This document shows positions 13,623 to 26,700 of a DNA stretch of 64,000 nucleotides, one piece after another. The stretch comes from Owenia fusiformis (Eukaryota), in the NCBI GenBank assembly GCA_903813345.2, contig CAIIXF020000001.1, positions 1,860,001 to 1,924,000 on the forward strand. Reading direction: 5' to 3'. How positions within the stretch are numbered: position 1 is the stretch's first letter; each line of letters begins with the position of its first letter. A program made the position numbers and the translations under genes. The notes beneath the pieces were generated by a model. That model made no database searches and had not been told where the DNA came from. It saw only the letters and a program-made list of their open reading frames with translations.

Positions 13623-16250
13623 TGTGACGATCCTTCAGATTACTTTGAGCATGGTAATGGAATTGCCTTGAAGGATTGTCACTTTGTTCAACTTTTTGCT
13701 CTTCACTTTATCAATTGTGCTTTTAGTTACTCAATATTTAAAGAGTTATAAAATAATTTAAATTCTGTAAAAGGGTAGTCAGTATTTCTACTTTGGCTAT
13801 ACTCTTAAAGTATGGTTAGAGTTTAATCATTTTACTCTATATTTATATTTATTTTTACTAACCTTCTCTTGTGTTTTTAATGTAATATTATTTACAGGAT
13901 TAATGTCAACATATATATTTTGTTCATAATAAGACTTTAATGTGAATGTTTTAGGCCCAGTTTCATGTTTAATGTTATGTTACAAACTTTTTAGAAAGGG
14001 CAGTTGTCTGGGTTTGTTTCAAAATCCAAAGTGAGGCTTATTAAGCTTGATTTAAGTAAATAAGCACGATTTAAGTGAATTGTCTTTTTCTGTGCTTTTA
14101 TGATTCGAATTCAAGCCGGCCAGACATGGAAAACATTTTGTGGAATTTTAAACATTAAATCGTCACTAAAATTGGATATTTATATTGCCGCAGATAAACC
14201 AACTTAGGTGTACGAGTTGGTAAAGGTAATTGACTTGATCTAATTGTATTTTTGCAGAGTTTTAGTCTTTGAAAAGAAGTATCTGTACACTTGATTTTTT
14301 TTCCTTAATTTTATTGATTTGCCTTGTGAACATCCCGTATTTAAATTGTCCCAGGGATTGTTAAGGAACATTTGACAAGGTTAAAGCAAAGTTACACGCA
14401 GAGTTTTTGTCTTAAAGAACCTATGTAACTTATTAACGAGCGTCGAAAGCAAGTTCCCGGGGTTCCTTATGGAACCTTCTATACAACATTCCCCACAGGG
14501 AATCGTTTAGGAATATTTGACAAGGTGTACGGAAAGTTACTGTCTTTACGAACCTTATGTAGCTTGCTCTAAACCAGAGTCAACTGCAAATTCCAGGGGT
14601 TCATAGACACCTCTATACGACATTCCCCCCCCCCCCCCCATCCAGTTTGGGACTGTATTTAGTTTGTTCACAGGGTAAATTTTATTGATACACTAGAAAT
14701 ACTCCTTTGTATATTTGTATGTTAAATTCTGGGTAATTTAAAGGTGAAATCCCGGGCTTATGGGACCATTATCAAACAACTGATCATTGAAGTACTTTTA
14801 AGGATCACGGTCTTTCGAAGCCCATTTTCGGACTTAAGACACCCCCTCCCCTTCTAGTTTTCCATGTCTGGTCTAATTCTGTGTTAACCACATTCTTATT
14901 CATTGATTATAGATACTAGAATACTTTTAAAATACTGTTTCCCATTTGTTTGCCAATTGTACCATAGTCTGATAGTGGCAAAATGATGTTCCACTTTTCA
15001 TGTGAGTAGTATAGGGAGCTTATTTCAACCCCCCCCCCCCCCCAGGGATGATATAAAATTGCACTGTTAAGTTACATTTTTGGAAAAAGACCCATTTTAG
15101 GCTTTATTGCAAATTGTTTAACTGAACTTCCATTAGCTGTGCTGTTTTATGCATGTTTGGTTTGAGAGATTATTTACTTGATATTACCATCTCGACAGTA
15201 CTGAATTGTGTAATGTTTGTGTAGATTAATAAATAGAAATAGAGTCGTTTTTATACATTATATAAAAATCCACAGAATATCACTTGTTGTGTTCGATTGT
15301 TTTTTATATATATGTTAGAAAATCCCCCCCCCCCCTCATTTTATCTGAAGTAGATTCTGGATTCAAAATAGATTCCGACTAAATTCCAGGTGACTTTAGT
15401 GATACTAACATTCAAGCAACAAGCTTTATCTTAGCTCATATTTGCTAAGGGCTTCTTTGAATAACAATCACTCGCAATAAGTCATACATATATTTCCCCA
15501 GAAACTATGCAATAGGGTATACATGTAGATAAATTACAATCAAGGATCTTACTTTCTGATTTAACCCTTGTCTTATTGATAATATTAGTGAGAATTTCAT
15601 TCACCCTGGTGAGTTTGACAGACTCTTGATTTGAAATAGCCCTACTTTAATTCTTACAAAATCTCCCATTTTAAGTGTGAACAGTGAGCTTTATATACAG
15701 CTCGAAGTCCATTGTAGCCCCCAGTGGCTAAGACTTCCACCTGGTTATACTCACACCCTAACATTATACTTATTTGATACAACTGAACACTGGGCACATT
15801 CAGAATCTGGAGTCTGTTGCCATTCGCCTTTATGAGACATACAACTTACATTAAAAACTGACAAATCTTACTTAGTCTATATTCAGATTTTGTTATCCCG
15901 TAATTGTTATCCCGAAATTGTCCCACTTCATCCTAATAATATTTATCCCAGAATTTATCCCTAAATTTTTATCCCTATATTTATCCCAGAATTTATCCCT
16001 AAATTTTATCCCTAAATTTATCCCTAATTTATCCCTAAATTTTCATCGCAAAATTTATCCCAATTTGATCCCATTTTGTTTTGATACTGTGAACACGGAC
16101 GTTGTTCAATTAAATAGGGATATACATTTCAACTTTTACTTGAACTTGTCCCGAAACTAAGTTAATGAAAACATCAAATCAAACTATTGACTCTTAGACT
16201 GTATTCTGTTTACGACCCCCAAACCACGCTACCACACGAGGGTCGTGACA
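13623..16250 (+). repeat. 3' LTR (2628 bp)
   Basis: Copy of the 5' LTR, followed by TSD TGTG. Confidence 0.95.
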
Positions 16251-18672
16251 TGTGCTCTTGTCATTTGAAAGGGTTTACCCTTGATTTCCGCATGCAAACT
16301 CAATTTTGTTCAATTCAGACAGTTGGTTGTTATGTTGATTTTCTCAATAAATTGGCAATACTATACCCATAAGTTGGTCTCAAGATATATTTAAGATATG
16401 TACAAAATGTAAGATATTATTATTATAATGGGACATCACTGATTATCACATGATACTATGTATAAATCTAGTGATTTGATTGGTTGCTTTCTATGATGTA
16501 TTTCCCGTATCACATAAATTTCATATGATATACCAGCACACATACCACACGTTGTCTTTGGTAACGAAATGACGTCATACAACTTCATTTTATTCTTTCC
16601 TAATTCAAAATGACGTCACATATAGGCTATGTTACTATTTCTTAGAAATGATGAATTCGTCATTTGAGGAACTAGAAGTTAGGACGACAAAGAAAGCTAC
16701 CAATCAAATCACTAAATTTCTACATAGTATGTGATAAAATCATCATCACACGTTTCAGCGTATGTGATACGGGAAATATTCCACTCAGTAAAAAAGTATC
16801 CCCACTCAAGCTGCGCTTTCGTGGTTATACAATTTTTACTTTCGTGGAATATTTCCCGTATCACATGCTGAAACGTGTAATAACTGATATTATAAGGTAG
16901 TCTATATCCAATAGACTGAATTTCCTGAGAATTAAGTCTATTGATCATTATGTCCCTTCTGTGGGAAAAACAGGAAATTTCCTGCACACAATTATCAATT
17001 TTAGGAAACTTCACTTCCCAAAAATAAGCATTAACAATTCAATTAAGTAATAAGGTACAATTAAATGCTATAAAAAGTAACACAGCATATTGTCAAATGG
17101 AAATAAAGCTAGGGGAAGTAACAAATATGCAAATTAATTTACCCAATCGGCCATTTTGAATGGCACTTCCTATGTAAACAAATAATTTTAAGTCCCATGT
17201 TTTAACATATGGTCTGAATATTTTCATTACAAATTTCAAAAAACTTCAGACTAGAGGATATAGTCTAGATTATCAGGGGGAGAAACCCATGGCGTAATCT
17301 ACCTTTTAGTTCAGAAATCACACAGATCGCCCTCCCAAGATTTCACAAGAGGTAGGCTGCGAGGAACAAAATGGAAATTCTATACTCAAAAATTTTCAAA
17401 ATTAGCCAATACTGCACTGTTTTTGTTATGGTATGTTTCATTGTTTACTCTGTAATTTTTCAAGCTCTAGCCTTCCACCCTTTTTATTTTATTCAGTATT
17501 ATTCCCCAAAAAATTCTTCTTACTGTGCTAATTTTACACCAAAAAATTATTTTAGTGATAAAATCTATCCTAGTTCCTGTATATCAGTCAAACCTAGAAA
17601 AAAATCATGGCAATATCTACGATAGCCATTTACTTGCCAGCATTTAGCTTGTAACTTTTCCAAAAGTAATCCCTGTCTTTCATAAACAAATGATAGCTCG
17701 TATTTCAATAAGAAATAAAAACTGAATGACCTGTCAAAGGGCAATCTCGATAGTAGTTTCGTTCTCTTAATATGCTTATCCTTTGAAAAGTTGACCTACT
17801 TAAAAATATCATGAAAATTAAAAATATAAATGAAATATCTTTTTTTTAAGTATAGACTTTCTGCAGTCATATTTGGATGCTTTTTAAAGAATAAAGTGAG
17901 TTAATAAATTAGATCTACATTTTTTTACATGAAACTTGAAATTCAGTTTAGTTGATTCTCTGGAAATGCATCTCTTTTAACAAGCATCACAATAGAGAAC
18001 CTTCCACATTTTTATTTTTTGAATGTAATGTACATTTCAGAGACATAGCAATTTTTGAAAGTCATGGAAAGTAATTTGGCATCAATATTCATATTTCTTC
18101 ACATGAACAGTACTGTCAACCCCCAAAGATTTTCTCGCGGGACAGATTTTTTAGACCCAGTGCCCAAAATTCGCGGGATTTTGCGGGACATCTACTAAAT
18201 TCGCGGGATTTTGCGGGACATTTAAGGGATTTGCGTAATTGCGCTAATAGGCCAATTTTTTTTTATCAAATTCGCGGGATTTCGCGGGACCATTCGAGGG
18301 ACAAACACCCTAATTGCTGGACAGTTCAAGTGATTTGCGTGATTGGGACTAATATAAAAGCGTGTAAAAGTACTTAAATCAAACTTTCAGATACTGATTA
18401 ATCAAATATAATGCATCGTTACATTGTAACTTAAATAAACGTCAACACAATTTCACAAAATACGCATAGGAATATTATTAATACCATGCTTCAGGTGTGA
18501 GTACCGTAATCTAACACGAAGTTCAAAAATTCGGAACAATACCTTGCACTTCTTGCGTCGTGATGACTATGAAACATTTACCCCCATAATTTTATATATT
18601 AAAATGTACCTAGGCTATTCATATACTGTAGGCATGGGCTTTCAATTGAAAGCCTGATGTAGGGGTTCGATT

Positions 18673-19011
18673 CAGGGGCGGATCTGAGAATCAACAAGGG
18701 GGGGGCCCAAATTTCAGATCAGAGAAAAAAACGTCCGAGCTTGCGCTGGAAAAAATTTTGAGCCCCTAAAACCCAAAAGTGGGCCCAAATTTTGAAATTT
18801 TGAGGCCCATTTTCTTCAAAATTGGGCCTGAAATTGAAAAATTAGGCCTTAAAAGGCCCAGTAATGACCAAAAAGGCCCACAAAGGCCCACTTTTTGGGG
18901 CCTTAAGGCCTCTTTTGGCCCAAAATTTTTTTAGGGCCCAATTTTTTTTTTCTGGGCCCACCCAAGGGGGGGGGGCGGGCCCCCAGGCCCCCCCCCCCTA
19001 ATCCGCCAGTG
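18673..19011. mobile_element. MITE (CAGGGGCGGAT...ATCCGCCAGTG)
   Basis: Imperfect TIRs, 5-bp flanking duplication CGATT. Confidence 0.65.
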
Positions 19012-19058
19012 CGATTAATCTACATCAAATTATAGGGAATGAGGTTACTTTTCTAGAT

Positions 19059-19950
19059 AGGGTTTGTAAAAAAACGGGTACCGGGTAGTAAATCCTCCAT
19101 GCTGGGTTCAAACTTGGTACGTCGAAAAAACCGGGTAGCCAAAAAACGAAATATACGAATATACAACATAATTAGATCATTAGAAAACGTGTAAGATTTG
19201 TTTTGAATTTACAAAAATGTATGTAACTTCCTTCACAATTGAGCTAGAAGCTTCAAATAAAAAGCATTTTAAGGCTCTTTTCTTCCTCTATCATCATGGT
19301 CATATTTCCATTGGTAATGAAGGGGGGGGGGTGCGATCGCACCCCCTCCTGGCTACGCCAATGACATTGTAAGACGATTTGAATAACAAGACAAATCAAT
19401 CTTACTCTATTTTCAATAGTTCGTATGTTGGTACGTGAATTGTTTTGATTATGATTTAAATCTGTAAATAGCTATCGTTGTTTAAGCAGAGAGGTGACGT
19501 GTGTTAATTTACATGATGCAACGTGTAAGATTTTGATTATTATTTAAGTTATCCCAATTTTCGACAAAATGTCCACTGAATTGTAAATTGTTATGTCTTA
19601 CAATGTCATAGGCGTAGCCAGGAGAGGGTGCGATGGTGCGATCGCACCCCCCCCATAACCAATGAAAATATGGCCATGACGATAGAGGAAGAAAAGAGCC
19701 TTAAAATATGCTTTTTATTTGAAGCTTCTAGCTTCAAATAAAGTATGAAGTATGAAGTTTGAAGTATGTTACATACATTTTTGTAAATTCAAAACAAATC
19801 TTACACGTTTTCTCATAATCTAATTATTATGTTATATATTCGTATTTTTCGTTTTTTGGGTACCCGTTTTTTTTAACGGGTACCGGGTACCAAGTTTGAA
19901 CCCAGCATGGAGGATTTACTACCCGGTACCCGGTTTTTTCTACAAACCCT
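19059..19950. mobile_element. Foldback element with about 320-bp TIRs
   Basis: 19059-~19375 is the inverse of ~19594-19950; 8-bp TSD TTCTAGAT. Confidence 0.85.
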
Positions 19951-20718
19951 TTCTAGATATCAGCGTCCATTTATTGTAACTCGCGTTTGCTAACATTTGC
20001 TCAGTTCTGAGATGAAGGCCACACGGGTAGTAAAAAGGCCAACGTTGGAACTATTTGTGACCTACATCCCTATTTTCCTAATTAAAATGAAAGTCGAACC
20101 CTTCCTCTTTATTTTGATACCAAACAACAGCATGCTAGGCACTTAAAATTAGGTAAACTTTACACCTCAAAAGTGCAAAAACTTAGCTTCTTATATAAGA
20201 TAAGATAATCACAATATAGGGGATTGCAACAATTTCGGAAATTCGCGGAGGTCAAAGCCACATTTGCGGGACTTCGCGGGACATTGCGGGACACGCGAAT
20301 TAGCCTAATTTTGATCAAATTCGCGGGATAATCCCGCCATTCGCGGGACACTTGACAGCTCTGCATGAACTTGTATCAACAGCTGACATTAGAGACACAT
20401 GTCTTCTTGAACTGTTTTTTTTCAGGAGAGTGCAAGTATTTTGTATATTTGTCACAGTGAGTTATAGTAGAGTTTCAGTAAAGAAGCCTTACCACAACGT
20501 TGATTCAATCAAAGCTTATTGGCATACTTATCAGTGAATGTGGATTTAATGGCTTATTATTCGTCTTGCCCAAAAGGAGCATTGGGCAGGCTCAGACAGA
20601 ACATGACTTGAGACTGAGAACATGAACATGATTTGAACAATTCAAATCAAGGTAAAGTTAACTTTGCTCACAAAGGATATTAAACTACATATTCAAAGAT
20701 ATCTCTGTTTTCAGGAAG

Positions 20719-23700
20719 ATGAGTAGACTCAGCAGAATGAGTTTTGCTTCCATAAAGTTGGACAGCCCTGCAGATGACATCTCAATGAATGATGATGACA
20801 GTAGTATGAACAATACAACAGGCAATATATTTGATAGAAACATTGATATTGATGACACTGAGGATATACCAGCCACCCAGCCTGTGGACCAGAGAGTGTT
20901 GAAAGGTATGTTGTATGAATTATATCACGCATTGATTTTATTAACCTCTATTAGAGGAATATTTTTGAAAAGAATGGATTAATTACTCAAATTTGCAGTA
21001 CTAGACCTCTTACTTAGTAGATCTTTTTTTTATTTTTATTAATCATCTTTATTGTATTCCATAAAATACAGATATACAAACTTAAACAATTGCCAAAGTC
21101 TAATGACATTGACGGCAATTTTGAGTGAAATCCAAAGGAATGTTATTAAGTTTTTACATAATAAGTTATTTTTATGTCATGTTATTGTTAAAATAGATGA
21201 AAAAAAGTCAATAAAATATCATCACACTACACTCGTGTATCACAAAAATGTGTAAGGTTTTTTTTTTTTCCCTTGGCCAGAGGGATTTCAGTTGTAACAT
21301 GTTGTAATCGATTACATGTCCAAAAGATCTAGACCCTGGTGGATATAATATGTTATTATATACCCAATATGTAACACTAATCCTGATTGGTCAATACCTA
21401 GTCACGTGTTCCGAAATAGATTTACTATTTCCCTCGGAAAGTTATATTCCCTCAAATGTGACGTCAGCGGGAATATACATTTAAACTATTGCCCGCTGAC
21501 GTCACAATTGCAAGTTCTATTACCCTTGGAAACGTCTGCGCATCATCACTGCGCAGACAAAAACAGAAAAATGGAGGATGAGCACAAACACAAATCAACT
21601 CCGTTCACCATGACAGACGTGCGTGAACGATACAATATAAGCAACGTGTATAAAGTTCCCTAAGCTCAATACGTCTGTGTAATTTCAAGTGTTATGATAA
21701 TCTATTCCGCGTGTTAAACGCGATTGAATTTGTCAAGTGAGAGTCTCAGAGGCAAAAATTTCTGTTGAGCATCTGATGACGTCACAGCTTATATTGCTAA
21801 CAATGGACCCGGGGACGGGGGCTTTGTAAGCCTTTTTGGCCTTCGCAGAGGAAACGGGACAAGAGTCAGTATAGGGTATATAATAAAACAAATAGTGACT
21901 GCCTAATTTCGAGCAATAGTGTAAATGATTTCCCCTTGGGAATATCCTCTACAATGTACTATTCCCTCAGCCTGCGGCTTCGGGAATAGTACATTGTAGA
22001 GGATATTCCCTCGGGGAAATAATTTACACTATTGCCCTCAATGGCAGTCACTATTTGTATACTACTATGTTCATTAGTTTCTCATTGACATCTATTGGAA
22101 ATTTATTATCTCCAAAAAGTAAGAACTGGGATTGATCATGCATATTAAGTCCATCATAGTGGGTACGGATCCCTATCGTCTCCAATCCTGCAAGTAGTGT
22201 TGTTCTCTGTTCTGTCAGCAGTGGGCATTTCAACAGGAAATGTAAAGTTGTCTGGTTTGTATTGTCACATAAACATTTAGGATTAGCAACCCGTTCAAAG
22301 TTGTGTGCATGGAGGTGAGCTTGCAAGAGAAGTCCGGACCTGAGTCGGTTTAACGGAATTTCTAGGTAGCGAGGCATGGCATTTTTTAGTTTTGATGTGG
22401 ATAGGGTAGAAGCATGGCTTCCATCGCCTCTTACTATTCTTTTAAATCTTGAAATTGGCTGGCCAATTCTATAATCTGGTGGAAGGTTATTCCAAAGGGC
22501 CATACCTTTAAAAATTATAGATTTCTTAGCCAAAGCGCTTGTTTGAAGGGGAATCTTATAGTCCCTGTGGCTCCTTAGTGAGCGCACCTGTATATCATTC
22601 TCATAGGACCTGACAAGATTACAAATGAAAGGAGGAAAGTTATTATATCTTGCTTTAAAAATAAATATTTTGAGATGTTCCTCTCTTCTAGAGGATAAAG
22701 TTTTCCAGTTTATTGATGAGAGAACTTTATTAGTGTTCGAGCCATGGATTGCTCCAGAGACTAGACATGCTGCTCTATAATGTAACCGTTCAAGAGATTG
22801 CAATTTGGTATCTGATGCACTATTGTATATGATGTCACAATAATCAAAATGAGGGAGTATGTATGCATTATATAAAGTTTCAAGGTGCTTGCTTGACAAG
22901 ATCTTGCAGAGTTTCTTCATGGGCCTCATCAGGCTTATTACTTTGTTAATTAAGTGGTCAATGTGAGCGTTGAAGTTTAGGTGCTGGTCAAGAGTAAGTC
23001 CGAGATGTTTATGAGTATTACATCTAGGGACTATTTCCCCGTTCATTTTCAGAGGAGGAGGTTCAATATTAATGTTTGAATGGGGGATGGGGGAAGGGTG
23101 TATTGGAGATCTTTAAGAAAATCCCTGGGAAGTAGTGTTGTATTTCAGTAATCATTTCTTTTTCGTTTAGTATACAATGATCTTCATTTATGTACTATGT
23201 GTTTATTATTTCCAGACTTCTTCCAGTAAAATCTTAAAACTACTCCCCCCTTTGAGAATAGTTTCTGTCAGGCCTGTATCTTAAAGAACAAAAGCAATGG
23301 ATAACTAATACAGTTCCTAGATTTTAGGCAATGTCATCATTATATTACAATTTACAAGTTCACTAATATTTTTTTTATTACAGATGTGAATGCTTATGTT
23401 GAGGTGCGTTCAGTTGCGGAAAACCGTAGTAGAGCGATCATGAGAGAGTTAGAGTTACTGGGGGCCAACATTATGAAGAAGTTTTCAAATGAAGTGACTC
23501 ATGTTGTATTCAAAGATGGCAAGAAAAGTACCAGAGACAAAGCTATTAAGAAAGGAATGCATCTTGTGAATGTGCTTTGGGTAGATAGGTAAGCAAAATA
23601 TAAAGCTATTAAGAAAGGAATGCATCTTGTGAATGTGCTTTGGGTAGATAGGTAAGCAAAATATAAAGCTATTAAGAAAGGGATGCATCTTGTGAATGTG

Positions 23701-26700
23701 CTTTGGGTAGATAGGTAAGCAAAATATAAAGCTATTAAGAAAGGAATGCATCTTGTGAATGTGCTTTGGGTAGATAGGTAAGCAAAATATAAAGCTATTA
23801 AGAAAGGAATGCATCTTGTGAATGTGCTTTGGGTAGATAGGTAAGCAAAATATAAAGCTATTAAGAAAGGAATGCATCTTGTGAATGTTCTTTGGGTAGA
23901 TAGGTAAGCAAAATATAAAGCTATTAAGAAAGGAATGCATCTTGTGAATGTGCTTTGGGTAGATAGGTAAGCAAAATATAAAGCTATTAAGAAAGGAATG
24001 CATCTTGTGAATGTGCTTTGGGTAGATAGGTAAGCAAAATATAAAGCTATTAAGAAAGGAATGCATCTTGTGAATGTGCTTTGGGTAGATAGGTAAGCAA
24101 AATATAAAGCTATTAAGAAAGGAATGCATCTTGTGAATGTTCTTTGGGTAGATAGGTAAGCAAAATATAAAGCTATTAAGAAAGGAATGCATCTTGTGAA
24201 TGTGCTTTGGGTAGATAGGTAAGCAAAATATAAAGCTATTAAGAAAGGAATGCATCTTGTGAATGTGCTTTGGGTAGATAGGTAAGCAAAATATAAAGCT
24301 ATTAAGAAAGGAATGCATCTTGTGAATGTTCTTTGGGTAGATAGGTAAGCAAAATATAAAGCTATTAAGAAAGGAATGCATCTTGTGAATGTGCTTTGGG
24401 TAGATAGGTAAGCAAAATATAAAGCTATTAAGAAAGGAATGCATCTTGTGAATGTGCTTTGGGTAGATAGGTAAGCAAAATATAAAGCTATTAAGAAAGG
24501 AATGCATCTTGTGAATGTGCTTTGGGTAGATAGGTAAGCAAAATATAAAGCTATTAAGAAAGGAATGCATCTTGTGAATGTTCTTTGGGTAGATAGGTAA
24601 GCAAAATATAAAGCTATTAAGAAAGGAATGCATCTTGTGAATGTGCTTTGGGTAGATAGGTAAGCAAAATATAAAGCTATTAAGAAAGGAATGCATCTTG
24701 TGAATGTGCTTTGGGTAGATAGGTAAGCAAAATATAAAGCTATTAAGAAAGGAATGCATCTTGTGAATGTGCTTTGGGTAGATAGGTAAGCAAAATATAA
24801 AGCTATTAAGAAAGGAATGCATCTTGTGAATGTTCTTTGGGTAGATAGGTAAGCAAAATATAAAGCTATTAAGAAAGGAATTCATCTTGTGAATGTGCTT
24901 TGGGTAGATAGGTAAGCAAAATATAAAGCCATTAAGAAAGGAATACATCTTGTGAATGTGCTTTGGGTAGATAGATAAGCAAAATATAAAGCTATTAAGA
25001 AAGGAATGCATCTTGTGAATGTGCTTGTAGATATGTAAGCTACTGATTAAATTAGGATTTGGCACCTTGTTGAGAGAATAATCTTGTGGAGATGACTGGA
25101 AATATGCATAACAGTCTGAATAAAATGTTTACATCGGAATCCTCTCTTACTTTTTAAGACAAATGTGAATATTTCAATAGATACATGAATGATGTAACAT
25201 GTGATCCACTAATGTTTAACAAAGTGGTTGGTAAAAGATTGAATTATTTTATAATATGTAATTACTATTAGCCTATGTAAGATTCACTACATTATCAATG
25301 CCTTTAAAACATTAAGAACACAATAATGGGAATCTAGAGCCTGCAACATGTGAAAAGTCAAAATATTAACCATATTTTCAATTTGATTTTAAGCTGCAAG
25401 CAAAACCAAGAGCATGTATCTGAGGGTTTATTCCCAGTGATTTTACCAAATGAGAACAACTCACCTCTTATCATAGGAAAACTCAAGGTATTTATGGACT
25501 ATGTCATTATTTAATATTCATCATGATATTTGTGACAAAAGCCAATAAAAGTTTCTGAAAAATAGATATCTGTGTGATATATTCTTAAAATAGTTTAAAT
25601 ATTCTTATACATAAATATACATGTGTATATATATTATAATTATTACCTGAGAATGTAGATACAAAGAATATCTTCTAGAATTCGTTGTCATATAATCCTG
25701 TTTTGACAAATGTAATCCCCATGTATAAATCCCTGTTTTACAAATGTAATCCCCTTGTATATACCCCTGTTTCACAAATGTAATCCCCTTGTATATACCC
25801 CTGTTTCACAAATGTAATCCCCATGTATATACCCCTGTTTTACAAATGTAATCCCCTTGTATATACCCCTGTTTCACAAATGTAATCCCCTTGTATATAC
25901 CCCTGTTTCACAAATGTAATCCCCATGTATATACCCCTGTTTTACAAATGTAATCCCCTTGTATATACCCCTGTTTTACAAATGTAATCCCCATGTATGT
26001 GACACACTACGATCACTAACATGTCAAACAATGTCAAACAATGCCAGGACTGTTGTTTGTTAAATAGGTATTTGTTTGTTGATGTTTGGAAAAAGGGTTT
26101 ATATTAATGTTTTTCAAAACATCACTGACAGTTCATTTTTTGCAAAACATTGGCCAACAAGTATAAAACTCGATTTGAATTGTGTGAAAATCATTCAGTA
26201 ACCAAGCAAGCAAAGCATACGCATCTCACAAACACGCTTGGAACTTGAAACTAACTGAAAATCAGAACTGCAATAAAAATGGAAACATTACAACTTATGA
26301 GCTACCTAGTTGGAGGTGTCACCACTGATGAGCCAAATACTTCAAATGCGCCAATAACTACTGACGTACATAATAGTGGATATAAAATCAGTGACTTTAC
26401 TGGCTATGGTGCAAATAATCTGGATAATCGTTATGATATGACTGCATTTCATTATAAGGTAATTGAAATACTTTACTTTTATATTGCTGAATTAGAAATT
26501 ACATAAAATAAGTTTCATTCAATAACTTTCATTAAGATTAGCTCATCCGATTATTTAATTTTTTAAATTATGAATTATGATATCAAGAATTAAAACCAGA
26601 TAATTAAAGAATGTGAATTGTGGTGTTGTATTTTTCTTTTAATATAATTCATAACTTTTATTATATTTTATTTCCAGTCAACCAATCAACTGCCTGTCAA

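Larger units (their letters stand above)
6012..16250 (+). mobile_element. Ty3/Gypsy-like LTR retrotransposon, gag-only (non-autonomous)
   Basis: Direct LTRs 6012-8628 and 13623-16250 with TG...CA termini, 4-bp TSD TGTG (6008-6011, 16251-16254), PBS-like sequence at 8633, PPT 13610-13622, gag ORF; no PR/RT/RH/IN ORF seen. Confidence 0.95.
18108..20363. mobile_element. hAT-like non-autonomous element with nested inserts
   Basis: Ends CAGTACTGTCAA / TTGACAGCTCTG; many TTCGCGGGA subterminal repeats at both ends; imperfect CATGAA flanking duplication. Confidence 0.6.

Noticed and set aside
23485-25065. 526-aa minus-strand ORF of 21-aa repeats
   Set aside because: By-product of a 63-bp (multiple of 3) repeat with no stop on the antisense strand; the unit derives from the + strand MCPH1 exon/intron junction.
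23539-25998. CRISPR-like arrays
   Set aside because: Head-to-tail repeats without unique spacers, no cas genes, eukaryotic context.
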